A stretch of 63,583 bases of DNA, filler included, from Sphacelaria rigidula (Eukaryota): the NCBI GenBank assembly GCA_964200075.2. It is 8 parts of 8 records of this genome, joined end to end, with 100 filler letters (N's around TTAATTAATTAA, not from the genome) between each part and the next. Parts side by side here need not be neighbours in the genome. Positions count along the whole stretch, not along the records: positions 23,884 to 31,743 come from CAXNAA020013194.1; positions 31,844 to 39,703 come from CAXNAA020013195.1; 6 more parts are not named here. The stretch is one strand, 5' to 3'. The translations under genes and the position numbers were made by a program. Positions 23,884-35,538 of this stretch are shown piece after piece. Within the stretch, counting starts at the first letter, position 1; every line of letters starts with the position of its first letter. The notes beneath the pieces were generated by a model. That model made no database searches, was not told where the DNA came from, and worked only from the letters and a program-made list of their open reading frames with translations.

Positions 23884-24329
23884 ATTTCGTTTTAATTCAG
23901 AATCCGCGGCAGCTGTAGTTTGGATATTCCTCCTGACGGTCCCAAACGGGATCTGATGCAGCGACGGAAAGCGCTGACACCCCCCCCCTTAGATGGGATT
24001 TGAGACAACCTCAGCGTTAGGATTGCGCCCCAGGGGGAATCCGGAAATAAGGGGTTTTCTTGGGAAGCAGTCGTTCATTGTAACAGGTGTTGAGTGTTCA
24101 AGCAATGAAATTTCGATTTTCAACAGAGGAAGATGTACTACGGTACCCCCGAATACTATTCTACATGTTTAATTCCGAGCGATGTTCATCAAATCCCCCC
24201 ACAGTTGTCACGAACCACATCTAAGGGGGAGGGTGTCAGCGCTTTCCGTCGCTGCATCAGATCCCGTTTGGGACCGTCAGGAGGAATATCCAAACTACAG
24301 CTGCCGCGGATTCTGAATTAAAAAGAAAT
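23884..24329. repeat. 112-bp near-perfect inverted repeat (TIR element, cut by the contig edge)
   Basis: 23884-23995 versus 24218-24329, about 2 mismatches. Confidence 0.9.
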
Positions 24330-25605
24330 GTTCAAGCGCGTTGCACTACAGTAGACTAAATATTGTTCAACAACCCCACCGCGAAACCGGTTCTCAACAT
24401 AGCCACGGCGGACGTAGCCATACAAGGCGTGATAGCTGGTTCAGACTGGATGAAGCGCCTCGCATGGGCACTACTGGCGAAACAACCCCAGGCGTGGGGC
24501 TAACCCTTACCCCCACGTTGTGTGTGTCTGCAGCTTTATTGTCGGGCAGCGGTATATCCCAGCAGACTGCTGAATGATGCTGTGTTTCAAAGATCGTTGG
24601 CATCTGTCCCCGCATTGGATCATTTCGCTGACGGCGGTCGTCACCGGCGCAACAGTATAAAGTCTCTCTCAGATACTCAACAAGAGATGCTCGATAACTT
24701 CTTGATGACTAGTCCAAATAAGTATGTTTCCAGCATGCTTTGTTACGTGTTCCGTAGCGCTTAGACGCAGGGAGGGGTTGCTCAAAAGATGCGGCACAAT
24801 GAGTGACGGTGGCTTTTCTGTTGGACTCCTCACCATCATGCTTTCGCTGCCGCGCAGAAACTTCTGCGTGAGGAGCACATGGTCGAGACCGGTTGCGAAT
24901 CCCGAGCCTTTTGAAGAAAGTAAATGAAATTTCGATGGTCCGTTGAACCTCAATTAAATGTTGAACCTCAAAAACGAATCCAGGCTGTTGAGAGGAGACT
25001 ACAGAATTGAGGCCCAAATAATTCAGGGCAGCAGAGTAGATACAGGCACACACCAGGGGGCACCGCAGAGCCACCGACTAATGCGGACAAAATCAACAAT
25101 CGATATGAGCAAACAGGATTCTTCGATTGGCGGCCCTTGACGCAGCAGTCTCTTGTTTGTGACGGCGGTCCGATTCTCGCTCGTCCGCGCGTCGCCACGC
25201 GTCCTCAAACTCTCCCGCTTCTTTTAACCTTTCATTTGCCCATGTTCTTCGCCGTGGTGGCCCAATCGGATGTATCGTTAACCTCTATCCCGTAGACTCC
25301 GTCGCGTTCCTTTGTGCGAAACAGCCCCTAGTGCACGTAGGTTCTCCTGGAGGTTTTCCTTCCATTGATGGGGGGCGGCCGGCCTCCGTGGGCCCTCGTG
25401 CGGTGAACCGCCCGTTCATGATGCGTTTAGAAGGGCGTAATTAATTCTGCCAGACAAAGGCTCCCGCGAAGCGGAGTTGACGTTTGCGGATAATCGTCTC
25501 GATGCGTTCGCAGTTGGTTATCTCGAGCACCGCCCTGTGCTAAAACGTCTTGTAGCCATTTCGATCTTTCTCGCGGAATCCAACCACTCGGAGCAAGAGC
25601 TTGTG

Positions 25606-26391
25606 TGCTCGCCAGAACGAACTCCACCACTGAGCCACTCAGCCAGCGCTGACTAACTTGCTGTTTGTTGTGACAACCAAAAAAGTGTGTGTTTGATTCT
25701 CGGCGCGATCACTTCTTTCTTTCCCATAGTCGAGGAAAGATATTTCCCATAGTTGTGGTAAGATGTCAGGACGTCCACGCAAACCAAACGGGATCTTACA
25801 AATTGGGGATGGATCTTTTATTGGGAATGAGAAACCCGGAGGACTAAAATCTTCGTATCCACACCAAATCTTCGAAATATGGTTCCATTTCTTCACCTAC
25901 TGATGGCTATTGGCAACTGCCACACGCCATAGAAATTTGGATTTCGACCACCGGAATGTTGGGGTCCTAGGAAATAATCCAATTTTCGGTAATGCCGGGT
26001 GTGCGAACGGACGCCAAAACGGTTCCGAAAACGTTTTTTTCTCCTAGGACCCCAACATTTCGGTGATCAAAATCCAAGTTTCTATGGCCTGTAGTAGTTG
26101 TCAATAGCTACCAGTAGATGGAGAAATGCAACCATATTTCGAAGATTTGGTGCGGACACGAAGACTTTAATTCTCCGGGTTCCTCATCCCCGATAAAAGA
26201 TCCACCCCGAATTTGTAAGATCCCGTGTTCCACCCTGATCACTTCGGCACCGTTGGCGAGGGGAAACCCGGAGAAGGCGCCGAGAGTACGAACTTGAAAC
26301 ACTTCTTTGCCCGTCAGAACGAACTCACCCACTGTGTTACTCAGTCAGCGCTGACTGAATGGCTCAGTGGTGGAGTTCGTTCTGACGAACA
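25606..26391. mobile_element. TG...CA TIR element inside the RTE
   Basis: About 48-bp TIRs (TGCTCGCCAGAACGAACTCC / GGAGTTCGTTCTGACGAACA); 5-bp direct repeat TTGTG. Confidence 0.8.
25785..26229. mobile_element. Foldback MITE (AACACGGGATC family), nested
   Basis: About 185-bp TIRs; homologous to 27256-27697. Confidence 0.85.
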
Positions 26392-27255
26392 TTGTGAGAC
26401 TGTCAAAGTTCTCAGAACGTGACGTCCATGTGACACATCCATACAAGAGAGCTTCTACCACCTCCACTTTAAGCAGCCGAACTTTCAAGGATTACTGGGC
26501 TTTGGGTCGATCGTAGAGTTGGGAGCTATATTTTTGGATGCGTGCCCACGCCGCGCTGATACCGCGGCTGATTTCGATGGATGTTTTGGCATCCGCGCTG
26601 ATAGCACCACCAAAGTACACAAACGCCCCCGTCTGGTTATACCGTTGAGCGGCAGCGTTAATGTGTAGGGCGGCCTCCGTGGGACTCGGTACTGGCTAAA
26701 GGGGCATGGATCCTGTCTTGCTCTCGGAGACAATGAGGCCAAATTCCTGGCAGGTCACCACTATCAAGGCCATCACTCGAGCAAGGCCTTCTGAGGTCCT
26801 CGAGACTATGCCGGGGTCGTCCGCATAAAGCATTGCCCACACCGCGCGCCGCACCTTTTGCAGGAGCGCCCCTTCCACGGGTTTACCACCGTCATCTTTT
26901 GGCGCATCATCTAGAAAAATCAAATCTGAGGCGATGACTGGGTCCGCCGCGAATCGCTGAACGATCACGTTGACCAAGGCTGCTCTGAAGATGTCGAACA
27001 ATAGTGGGGACGAAACGAAACCTTGTCTGAGTTCATGGCAGACGTAAAACCAGGCTGATAGTTCGCCACTATCTAGCTGTACCCGAGCTCGCATGCCGTC
27101 GTGGAACATACGGATGATCGTGATCATTCGTGGCGGGACTTGAAACCGAGCAAGCACTTCCCACAGGAGCGTACGGTCTACGGGTTCGCAGGCTTTCTGC
27201 AGATCGATCAAGCACATGTTTAGTGGGACGTTGCTCGCCCGTCCTAACTCCTGAA

Positions 27256-27697
27256 AACACGGGATCTTACAAATTGGGGATGGATCTTTTATTGGAGATG
27301 AGACATCCGGAGGACTAAAACCCTCGTATCCACACCAAATCTTTGAAATATGGTTTCATTTCTTCACCTACTGATAGCTATTGACAACTACTACATGCCA
27401 TGGAAAATTGGATTTCTATCACCGAAATGTTGGGAGTCCTGGGTAAAAAAACATCTTTGGAACCATTTTGGCGTCCGTTCGGACACCCGGAGTTCCCCAT
27501 TTTGTTTTCTCCTGGGACCCCAACATTTCGGTGATCGAAATCCAAGTTTCTATGGCGTGTAGTAGTTGTCAATAGCTATTAGTCGGTGAAGAAATGAAAC
27601 TACATTTCGAAGATTTGGTGTGGACACGAAGACTTTAATTCTCCGGGTTTCTCATCCCCAATAAATGATCAATCCCGAATTTGTAAGATCCCGTGTT
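27256..27697. mobile_element. Foldback MITE in the RTE RT domain
   Basis: AACACGGGATCTTACAAATT...AATTTGTAAGATCCCGTGTT, perfect TGAA TSD. Removal restores VRRLQELGR. Confidence 0.92.
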
Positions 27698-30287
27698 TGA
27701 AGTCGGCGTACTACAAACATCATGTCTGTGGTGGATCGTTGGCGCGTGAATCCACGCTGCTCTTACGGGAAGAACATCGGTTTCTTCACAGAAATTACCG
27801 AGCCTATTGGCTACCGGTTTGAGGAAAACTTTAGCAGCATGGGCCACAAGTGAAAGGCCTCCGTAGTTACCACGCTTAGTCCTATCTGTAATTTTGTGGA
27901 GCACTTTCATAGTGACATATTTTCATTTCTGCGGCACCTCACCAGGTGTCCTAACCGCAGAGACGATGCTGTGGAAGTGGCACAAAATCTCCGACGTCTC
28001 CCCGTTCAGTCCATGCTTCAGGATTTCAGCAGATAGGCCATCAAGATTCCAGCAGGTAGACCATCCGGACCCGTTACTGTGCCGTTCGACGTAGCTCTCA
28101 GAGTCTCCTCGGTTTCACTTGGACTTGGCGGATCTCCTAGTGACAGCGCTATCGGTCGTTGCGAAATCTTCTTGATGGCGGTTCGGCTGATAGTTGCCGA
28201 TACGGCGTTCAGCAATGTGGAAAAGTACCTTTCTCTCCTCTCACTGACCAAACATTTGTCTCGCGGAATATTGCCGTCCCCATCTCGAATGTACTGCTCA
28301 CTCTCGATTGGCCTTCAAGACAGTCTCCACCCTCCGTTGAGATGTCTGCACAATCCTCCTATGTCTCCCGCTCGATTATACTCCTCCAACTCTCTAGCAT
28401 ACACATCCATATATATTTTCCACCCCAACTTGGATCATCACCTCTTCCACCTTTTTGCACGCTGCTCGTAATGAGCGCGATGCGGATTTATCTCGTGATG
28501 GTCCCGGTCGCGCCGCTGATCTCGCCCTTTCCCTCTCATTCCAGGCCTATTCGAACTCCGTTCAGATGGCAGCATCGTCGAACCACCTCGGTATACGTGG
28601 CTTTCGGGTCAGGCGGGGCACCACCTCTTCAGCGGCACTCAAGAACACGTCGGCAAAGTTCGTAGCCAGTAAACTAACTGTATCGCCAGGTATACTCTGG
28701 TTGAGCTCGCTGATGATGAGCTGGATGAGCTCTTTTATATCTGTCGGGGTCAGAAATTATTACCCGTCTGTCGATCGGTCTACGCCCAATGGTGATTCGT
28801 CTACGTCTGGTGAGTGCGAAGCGACCAAGGAGCCACACTGAGGCGCACACGATGTTGTGGTGAGAGAACGGCGAGTTGGGGGGTTGAAGATGAACGGCGA
28901 CATTGCGAACAAGCCTGCGGTGATCTTGCCGTGTAACGGTGTAGCCAATGCGTTTCTTGTCCACGGGGTGATTCGCAATGCCATTGAACGTACGCGAGGT
29001 GCTTCCCTTGGGGGTGGAAAATATCGTGTTGTTGATCAGGGAAAGCCTGTTGTGGCCTGCAAATCGCTGTAGGGAGGTGGCGTTATTGTCGTTGGATCGG
29101 AAGTCCCGGCCGTACGCCCCTACAGTTTCACATTCCTCTACGCCTGTTCGTACCCTAGTCCTCGCGTTAGCGTCCATGAGAATATACAGGTGATGTTCGT
29201 GGGGGATACGGTTCACAATGCCGTCCAACTCAGTCCAGAATACATCTCGTTCTTATCTTGAATGCGGAGTGCCTGTGGGGGCATATGCTACTACAAACGT
29301 TGCGGCATTTAATTGCCCGCGAGATTGAAGATCATCGACATGAGGCGTTCGCTGATGAGTGCCTGAGTCCACATCGCCTTGCTGATGATCGACTCCTTGA
29401 CCGCCAACTCAACCCCATGTTTTCCAGCCCTTCCCTTGCTCTATCCGCCCCGCAACAGAAGAGACGATATCCCGTCGCACAAAATTCGGTGCGACCTGGT
29501 CTCCTCGTTTCTTGTAGTCCGATGACGTCACACCCGACCGCCTGACATCATTACAGGATCTCCTCAGTATGGCCAGCTCCATTCTTTCCCGTGAGGGACA
29601 GTGTACGGAAATTATAGGTCGCCACTTTGAGCTTCTCAGTACGTGTCCTAGCTTGAACCTTCTCTACAGTCACGCGTCTTTCTCTTTGCTCTGCTCCCCT
29701 TCTTGGTCTATTTCGCCTCCTAATTTTACGGGCGAGCTTTTTTTCTGTTCCGACTCTTCTTTGGTATGTCTGTCACGGCACTTGCCTTGCTTATTGATGT
29801 CGCGGGGAGGGTGCAGTCTTCCCCTCCTGCGTCGGCGGCTACCTCCAGTCTGCCGAATCTGGTAGTTACTCAGACGTGCCTCATCTCCATCAATAGGAGC
29901 GAGAGAGAAAAAAGAAGATTAGGAGAGGGAGCTGAGAAGACAAAAAACAAGAGAGTGATGGGATCCATGGACAAAGTAGACCATGTGGGAGCACAGCTGG
30001 GGAAAATCGCAAAGGTTTCAATCAGCCAAGAAAAGTTAACAACCGATAGGATAACACAGAGGGTACATCAGTGGCCGTGTTACCCCCGCCTCTCCTACGT
30101 ATACCTGGTCAGGTACAGAGGGGATTACTCTCGATCAGTTTCATCCTGCACTCCCCGCGAGCTCTTGCTGTTATTGTGTCAGCTATATCGGCTCCCCGAC
30201 CGACGGTTCTCAACGCAACAGCCTCTTGCGTGTGGTTTGGGTCCGATTGGCGAATGTCTTCGTGTCGCCGTGGGACCTCAAACTCCT

Positions 30288-30544
30288 GAGCAATGCTACG
30301 GTAGGGGTGCACTTTTTTCGCGAAAATTTGTCTGGTTCAGGGGCTCCTAACGATTCTAGACGCACAAGAATATGGGTCAGGGCATCCACGTCTGCAAATC
30401 TATTCGGGATATCCCCAGCACATAGAAATAGTAATCCTGGCATACTCTCACAAATTTTCATGAGTCGCGTTTTGGATGAGACAAAAGGCTTCTAACAATT
30501 CTAACCTCAGAAAATATTTGTGTACCCCTACCGTAGCATCACTC
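30288..30544. mobile_element. GAG...CTC MITE, Sola-like (257 bp)
   Basis: TIR GAGCAATGCTACGGTAGGGGTGCAC; perfect TCCT TSD. Confidence 0.9.
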
Positions 30545-30652
30545 TCCTCTGCCTCTGTCTCGACTCCCAGGAGAGAGAAAAAATGTTTTCGGGAGACACG
30601 AATGACTCTTGACGAAAGAGTGAGTATTCGCAGGTGTTTATTGCACGTAAGT

Positions 30653-30793
30653 GAGTGGTTCTTCGGTAGGGGTGCACATTAAGTTTTGAGGCTCTACCCT
30701 GTATGCACCCCTCAATAACGAATATATTGGTCTTAGTGTTCAGCTTCAGAGAACCTTTGGGCTAAAAGGTGCACCTCTACCGTAGAATCACTC
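30653..30793. mobile_element. Shorter related GAG...CTC MITE
   Basis: TIR GAGTGGTTCTTCGGTAGGGGTGCAC / GTGCACCTCTACCGTAGAATCACTC; TSD AAGT/GAGT. Confidence 0.75.
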
Positions 30794-31843
30794 GAGTGCC
30801 CCCCCCCCATCAGCCTGGTCGGGCGAGAACCCGGCGTGCTCCGTCTTGGCTTCGTAGGCGCGGACCCCCGGTGGGCTTGGCGTCGGTTGGCGACGCCGCC
30901 GTAAAACACGCCAATCACTGCGTAGGCTATGCAACAAGGTTACCGACTTAATGCACACTTCCGTTTTTTTTGCGGGAAGCATGATGGTAGTCGAGCTAGA
31001 ACATGTTGTGTGGCGTGGGAGAACCTCAACTCCGCACAGTGGGGACGATCGTACTGCGTAGTATTTGAATGATGAGACACTCATGAGACAGTGTAGAAGC
31101 CGTGGCTGTCTCTGGAAGTAACGATACCAGAAAATGAAGCAACTCATTAGAGGCTGTCATCCCAATGCAAGATAGTCAGTAGGCTTCGGGCCGAACAATC
31201 CTAGCACGATGCAGCTCACCCTTCATGCGACCCGCCGATCAAGCGCGAGCTTAGTCCGGCGAAAACCCGGCGTGCTCCGTCCCGGCTTTGTAGGGATGCT
31301 AAGTCAACGGCCATATTATGGCTATGGCATGCGGGGTCATGAGTACCCCCCCCCCCCCGCGCGCGCGCTCTCCTCCTTTTGTCTTGAAAAATATATTTTC
31401 GGGTGTAATAGGTGAGATCAAAAATGCATAGAACTCAGCTCGCGATGGCGAAACTGGAAACGCATCAACTCGCTAGAGGCGCCCTTCTCCCCCTATACCC
31501 AGTTACAATATTACACTAGATTACGATATCACGACGCCAGGCGCACATGTTTCGGTTGAATAGTGCGCCACGTACTGTCTTGTTACCCATGATCGTTGCC
31601 ATTTACACTCTAGACAATCGGTTAGCTGCAAACTTACTTTCAGGTATTCACTCAGAAGATGGATGGGAAAGAGTCATCCTACGATAGGGAGGGGGTATTT
31701 GGTTGCACGAAAAAAGAGGCTCATAAGTGTGTCAGACATCCTTNNNNNNNNNNNNNNNNNNNNNNNNNNNNNNNNNNNNNNNNNNNNTTAATTAATTAAN
31801 NNNNNNNNNNNNNNNNNNNNNNNNNNNNNNNNNNNNNNNNNNN

Positions 31844-32359
31844 CTGATAAGCCAGGGCGCCGTGGAGAGTACCGAAGTGTTCGAGGTTGAATTCTCCACG
31901 CGGCGGGGAATGTGGCGTTAATGGTGGAAGCGTGCGGTAGGTGCGTTTATTAAACCGCATATAGCTATCTCTGCCCAATAATATGGCGTGATGCATGGTG
32001 CTGTCGTGGACAACGTATGCCCAGACTGCCAGGCTGGCAGATCGAGTGGTGTTGTGAAAGAATTGCACACTGAGACGTACGGATTTATGGGTCGTCAGTG
32101 GCGCAGCCGAGTCACCGAAACCGCCCCACACTCTAGGCTTGGTGGTGGTTTCGCAAGCTGCAGTAGCAGCGCCAATGTGTTTCATGTGTTCCCATGTTGA
32201 TTCTCGAATAAACGTTTGCGGCCTGCCGCTGTCCAACAAGGATACGCATTTCGTAGGCGTGATAGCGTTTGGACCTGCATGGATCGCAACGCGAGTAGTA
32301 AAAGTGGCCGGATCGACGGACACTTTGCCGCTGACAAGCTCCGGACCGTGTTCCGGCAA
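31844..32359 (-). CDS. pol: Retropepsin-like aspartic protease (pol 5' part, truncated by the contig end)
   Basis: CVSLLDSGRPQTFI...HAILLGRDS. Confidence 0.85.
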
Positions 32360-32590
32360 GTAAACTGGTCAGGATCAGCGGGGCTGACAGCAAAAACGCA
32401 CGGCGGATGATCCGCCGGTGGGTTAGATGTCTCACCAGAGGAGGGGGTGGACGGCATATTATTTCCAGGTGTGGCACGGTCATGGGCGATTTCGTAAATT
32501 ATCGTCTTTGGTTGACAGGGATCACCGTCCAAGGGGGATCCAGGATGTGCGGGGCTGGAGTCGTCGATTGAAGAAGTAGTGCCATCAGAA

Positions 32591-34846
32591 TCATGTGATT
32601 TTGTTTCTTCCGGGATTTCTTGATAGAGCCGTCGAGCTCAAAGTCGTCGCATTTTGGAGAGATTGAGGTCGATGATTTCCGCTCGAAAGAGGTGTACGTA
32701 ATGATGTGCGCGCGTCCTTGGGGGCATGCTTACGGGGCTTTCTCTTTCGCCGTGACAAAGATCGTGGAACTTCCAAAACATTTGGGAATAATACCGCAAC
32801 TGCGTCCAGTTGCGTGGATGGGGTCAGCATCGGGGCATGACGGAGCGAAACTTGTGGGCTGCTTTCCGTAGGCAAGTTTGGCTGTTGGGGCATAGCCGAA
32901 GATATGTCGGGGCGGTTGTTAATAAAACCGGCCGAAGGTAGGTCCGTGCGTTTTAAAAAGCGCGGGGATGGAGACCGATCGAACTGATTGGGAATTTCAT
33001 GACCCGATGTGGTCAGGTTCAAATCAGCAACACTTGGGTCAGCTGAAAAAGGCTTGCTGCTACCTGTGCGTGCGGTCGCTGAAGGAAGCCTTGGCCTCAG
33101 GGGCTGGCGGTTGGTCTTCCCACACCTCAGACTTATACTCGGTACTGAAGGATCAAGTTCAGTGCCGGGTGTAGATCTGAGTCGCGGGGGGACACAACTG
33201 TTACGCGGTGTGTGGAGGGATGAGGACGGGGGTCGGTTTGAACGGCCGTCAGATGCACTCCTGCATAGTGCCGGGAGGGCCGGGCGGACAATCTTGGTCA
33301 CGGGCTCTGTGAGCTGTGTTGAAAATTGTGTAGAGGTTCGAGACGGGGGTTGATATGAACGGCCGTCAGTTACCCTCCTGGATAGTGCTGGGGCAGTCGA
33401 GTCAGCAATGTTTGACACGGACTCCTCGGGCTGTGTTGAAAAAGTCTTCGCTCGTGCTATCGACGGCGTAGAAGACCGAAGAACGCCGGCGTCGGCACGG
33501 CATGGATCTAAGCGATCCGAAGTGAAGGTACCAGGGTTTCTGGTGTTGGGATTAGAACTTTGTGTCGGTCCCGTCCGCTGGTGTCTATCAGCGGAACGTT
33601 TGTTGTCGCGAGAATTTTGATCATTCTGGCGAGGGTCTCCGTGATTGTTGTTGTGTCGGCGACCGCGGTCAGAGCTTTTGTTGCCACGCTGGTTCGAATT
33701 GCTGCGGTAATTTCGAGTTGGTGGACGATAATCGCGGCTGCGTTTTTGCCATCGGCGCCACGCGGGTTCATTGTTCTGCAATTCAGGGTTCATGAGATCA
33801 AAGGCATTGATGCATGGACTGTCACAGTCGCGCATGCTGTGGCCTTGAACACTACAGTTGATACAACTGTTGGCATGACTGCTGAAGGCATCGCGTCTAG
33901 CGGAAGACGAAAGAAGTGGGTTCCACAAGTGGGGGTCATCGGTTATGAATGCCGTGGTTGAGGTCAGATAAACATCATCCCAAGTTTCCTCGGAAAACGG
34001 CCAACCGTCAAAACTCGCGCTAAATGCATCTCTGGTACTCTGAACATGCATAGCTGAACCGGCGACTGAGTCGGGGGTCCATGAAGCGCGAGACGAGCTC
34101 GAATTCCTGCCGCGAGCCCCTTGGGCATGAGCGGAGGACACAACCGTAGGTTGTGAAGGCGCAGACGTTGAAGGTTTGCCACGTATGGCAGGTGTTAGAT
34201 TACTCTCCTGGTGTACAACAGCAGACCACATAGTATCAACGGAGGCGTAAGGCACCTCGCGATGCGCGAAGACACCCGGAAACAACGACGGCATCAGAGT
34301 CGGATACTGTTGAGCAACGCTATTGCGAACGTAAGTCCGACACATTGCATCGCTCGGTCCATTCTGGCGTGCGACACCCGTCGTACCCGAAACCAAAAGC
34401 ATAAATTCGCGGAGATAATCCGCGAAGGGAACATCAGATGCGACGACAAGAGAGCTCAGCCTCTGGATGACGCTGACTTGATCACTTTTATCAAAGTAAC
34501 CTATGAGACGCCTTTCCAAATCACAGAGTTGTTGCAGGCCTATCTTCCCTCGGGAACGGTCCAGATCCATCTCGGCGAGGAATCCGTCGAGCACCTGCGT
34601 CAAAGAAGCAGCGAGGTCGGGAGAGCGGCGGCTGATCGATCGGTGCATTGCTTTGTGCAAGGGAGCCTGCCAGCCCTCTACCCAGTCTAAGTCTTCGAAA
34701 CGTTGTGTGCCATTCACATCCGCCAAGTGAAGGATGTTACAAACAGTGCGGCGGACTGACGTGATAGGGGCAGAAGTAAACTGGTCCGTATCTTTGTTAC
34801 CCGCGGCAGGCATGGTTTTGATGTGCCAGAGTTTTTTCACATCCAT
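32591..34846 (-). CDS. gag: Gag (CCHC zinc knuckle) plus linker
   Basis: 751-aa ORF with Cx2Cx4Hx4C. Continues in frame upstream across one TAG (34847-35050). Confidence 0.8.
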   Translation of the reverse strand: MDVKKLWHIKTMPAAGNKDTDQFTSAPITSVRRTVCNILHLADVNGTQRFEDLDWVEGWQAPLHKAMHRSISRRSPDLAASLTQVLDGFLAEMDLDRSRGKIGLQQLCDLERRLIGYFDKSDQVSVIQRLSSLVVASDVPFADYLREFMLLVSGTTGVARQNGPSDAMCRTYVRNSVAQQYPTLMPSLFPGVFAHREVPYASVDTMWSAVVHQESNLTPAIRGKPSTSAPSQPTVVSSAHAQGARGRNSSSSRASWTPDSVAGSAMHVQSTRDAFSASFDGWPFSEETWDDVYLTSTTAFITDDPHLWNPLLSSSARRDAFSSHANSCINCSVQGHSMRDCDSPCINAFDLMNPELQNNEPAWRRWQKRSRDYRPPTRNYRSNSNQRGNKSSDRGRRHNNNHGDPRQNDQNSRDNKRSADRHQRTGPTQSSNPNTRNPGTFTSDRLDPCRADAGVLRSSTPSIARAKTFSTQPEESVSNIADSTAPALSRRVTDGRSYQPPSRTSTQFSTQLTEPVTKIVRPALPALCRSASDGRSNRPPSSSLHTPRNSCVPPRLRSTPGTELDPSVPSISLRCGKTNRQPLRPRLPSATARTGSSKPFSADPSVADLNLTTSGHEIPNQFDRSPSPRFLKRTDLPSAGFINNRPDISSAMPQQPNLPTESSPQVSLRHAPMLTPSTQLDAVAVLFPNVLEVPRSLSRRKRKPRKHAPKDARTSLRTPLSSGNHRPQSLQNATTLSSTALSRNPGRNKIT

Positions 34847-35538
34847 CTAAATATACTGTCGCTGTATTGCAGCTACTCGGGTAGACTCAGCTCGATCGAA
34901 AGCTGCTTTTTTGTGAGCTTCTGAACATTCTTTGTCAGCCGCGGCGGTTGCTAAAGCGCGGGCGGCAGTAGAAGACAAAGGACGGTCAGGTGCATCCGTA
35001 TCAGACAAACCTAAAATGCGGGCCGAAACATCAGCCAACTTAGGGACCACTTGCCTGGGGGTCTCCGAGCCTAGGCGGAAAGAGCTGCACCGGACCGGTT
35101 CCAGGCCGATGCGGATGAGCCGGATGAGTTGCCTCCGGTATGCTTCCCTTTCGGCTTGCGGGGAGGGCGGGTTAGTCCGGAGCCGCCCGAAGAGGGTACT
35201 CCACTGCCATGGCGGCGGCGTGATTTCCCGCCATTGTTATCATCATCATCGCGACGATGATTCTTCTTGTGACCCCGGCAATTGGAGGTCTTAGTGGTCC
35301 ACCCATCCTCATCTTCGTCATCGTCGCGGAGGGGCGCGGCGGAACCAGAGCTAGAAGCGGCGCGTAGCGTCGCAAGAAGCTTGGTGACAGTGTCGACGTA
35401 CCGGTTGAGAGTCGGGCTATCGCCGATTGTCGCCTGGAGGACTAGTTGGCCCAAAGTGATCGCCGACACGCCGTCATCAGGGAAGAAGCCGCCTTGTTCC
35501 ACGTAGCCGCCAATAACGGCTAGCATACGATGCGAGAT

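Larger units (their letters stand above)
25135..29960 (-). mobile_element. Near full-length decayed RTE-type LINE (APE + RT)
   Basis: APE: LMDANARTR, FSHHNIV. RT: GNYGGLSLVAHAAKV, IDLQKA, LRQG..SPLLF, MLYADD. C-terminus: LLYGCVTW, IRKRQLRFAG, PSKRIM. Many frameshifts; three nested inserts. Confidence 0.92.
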
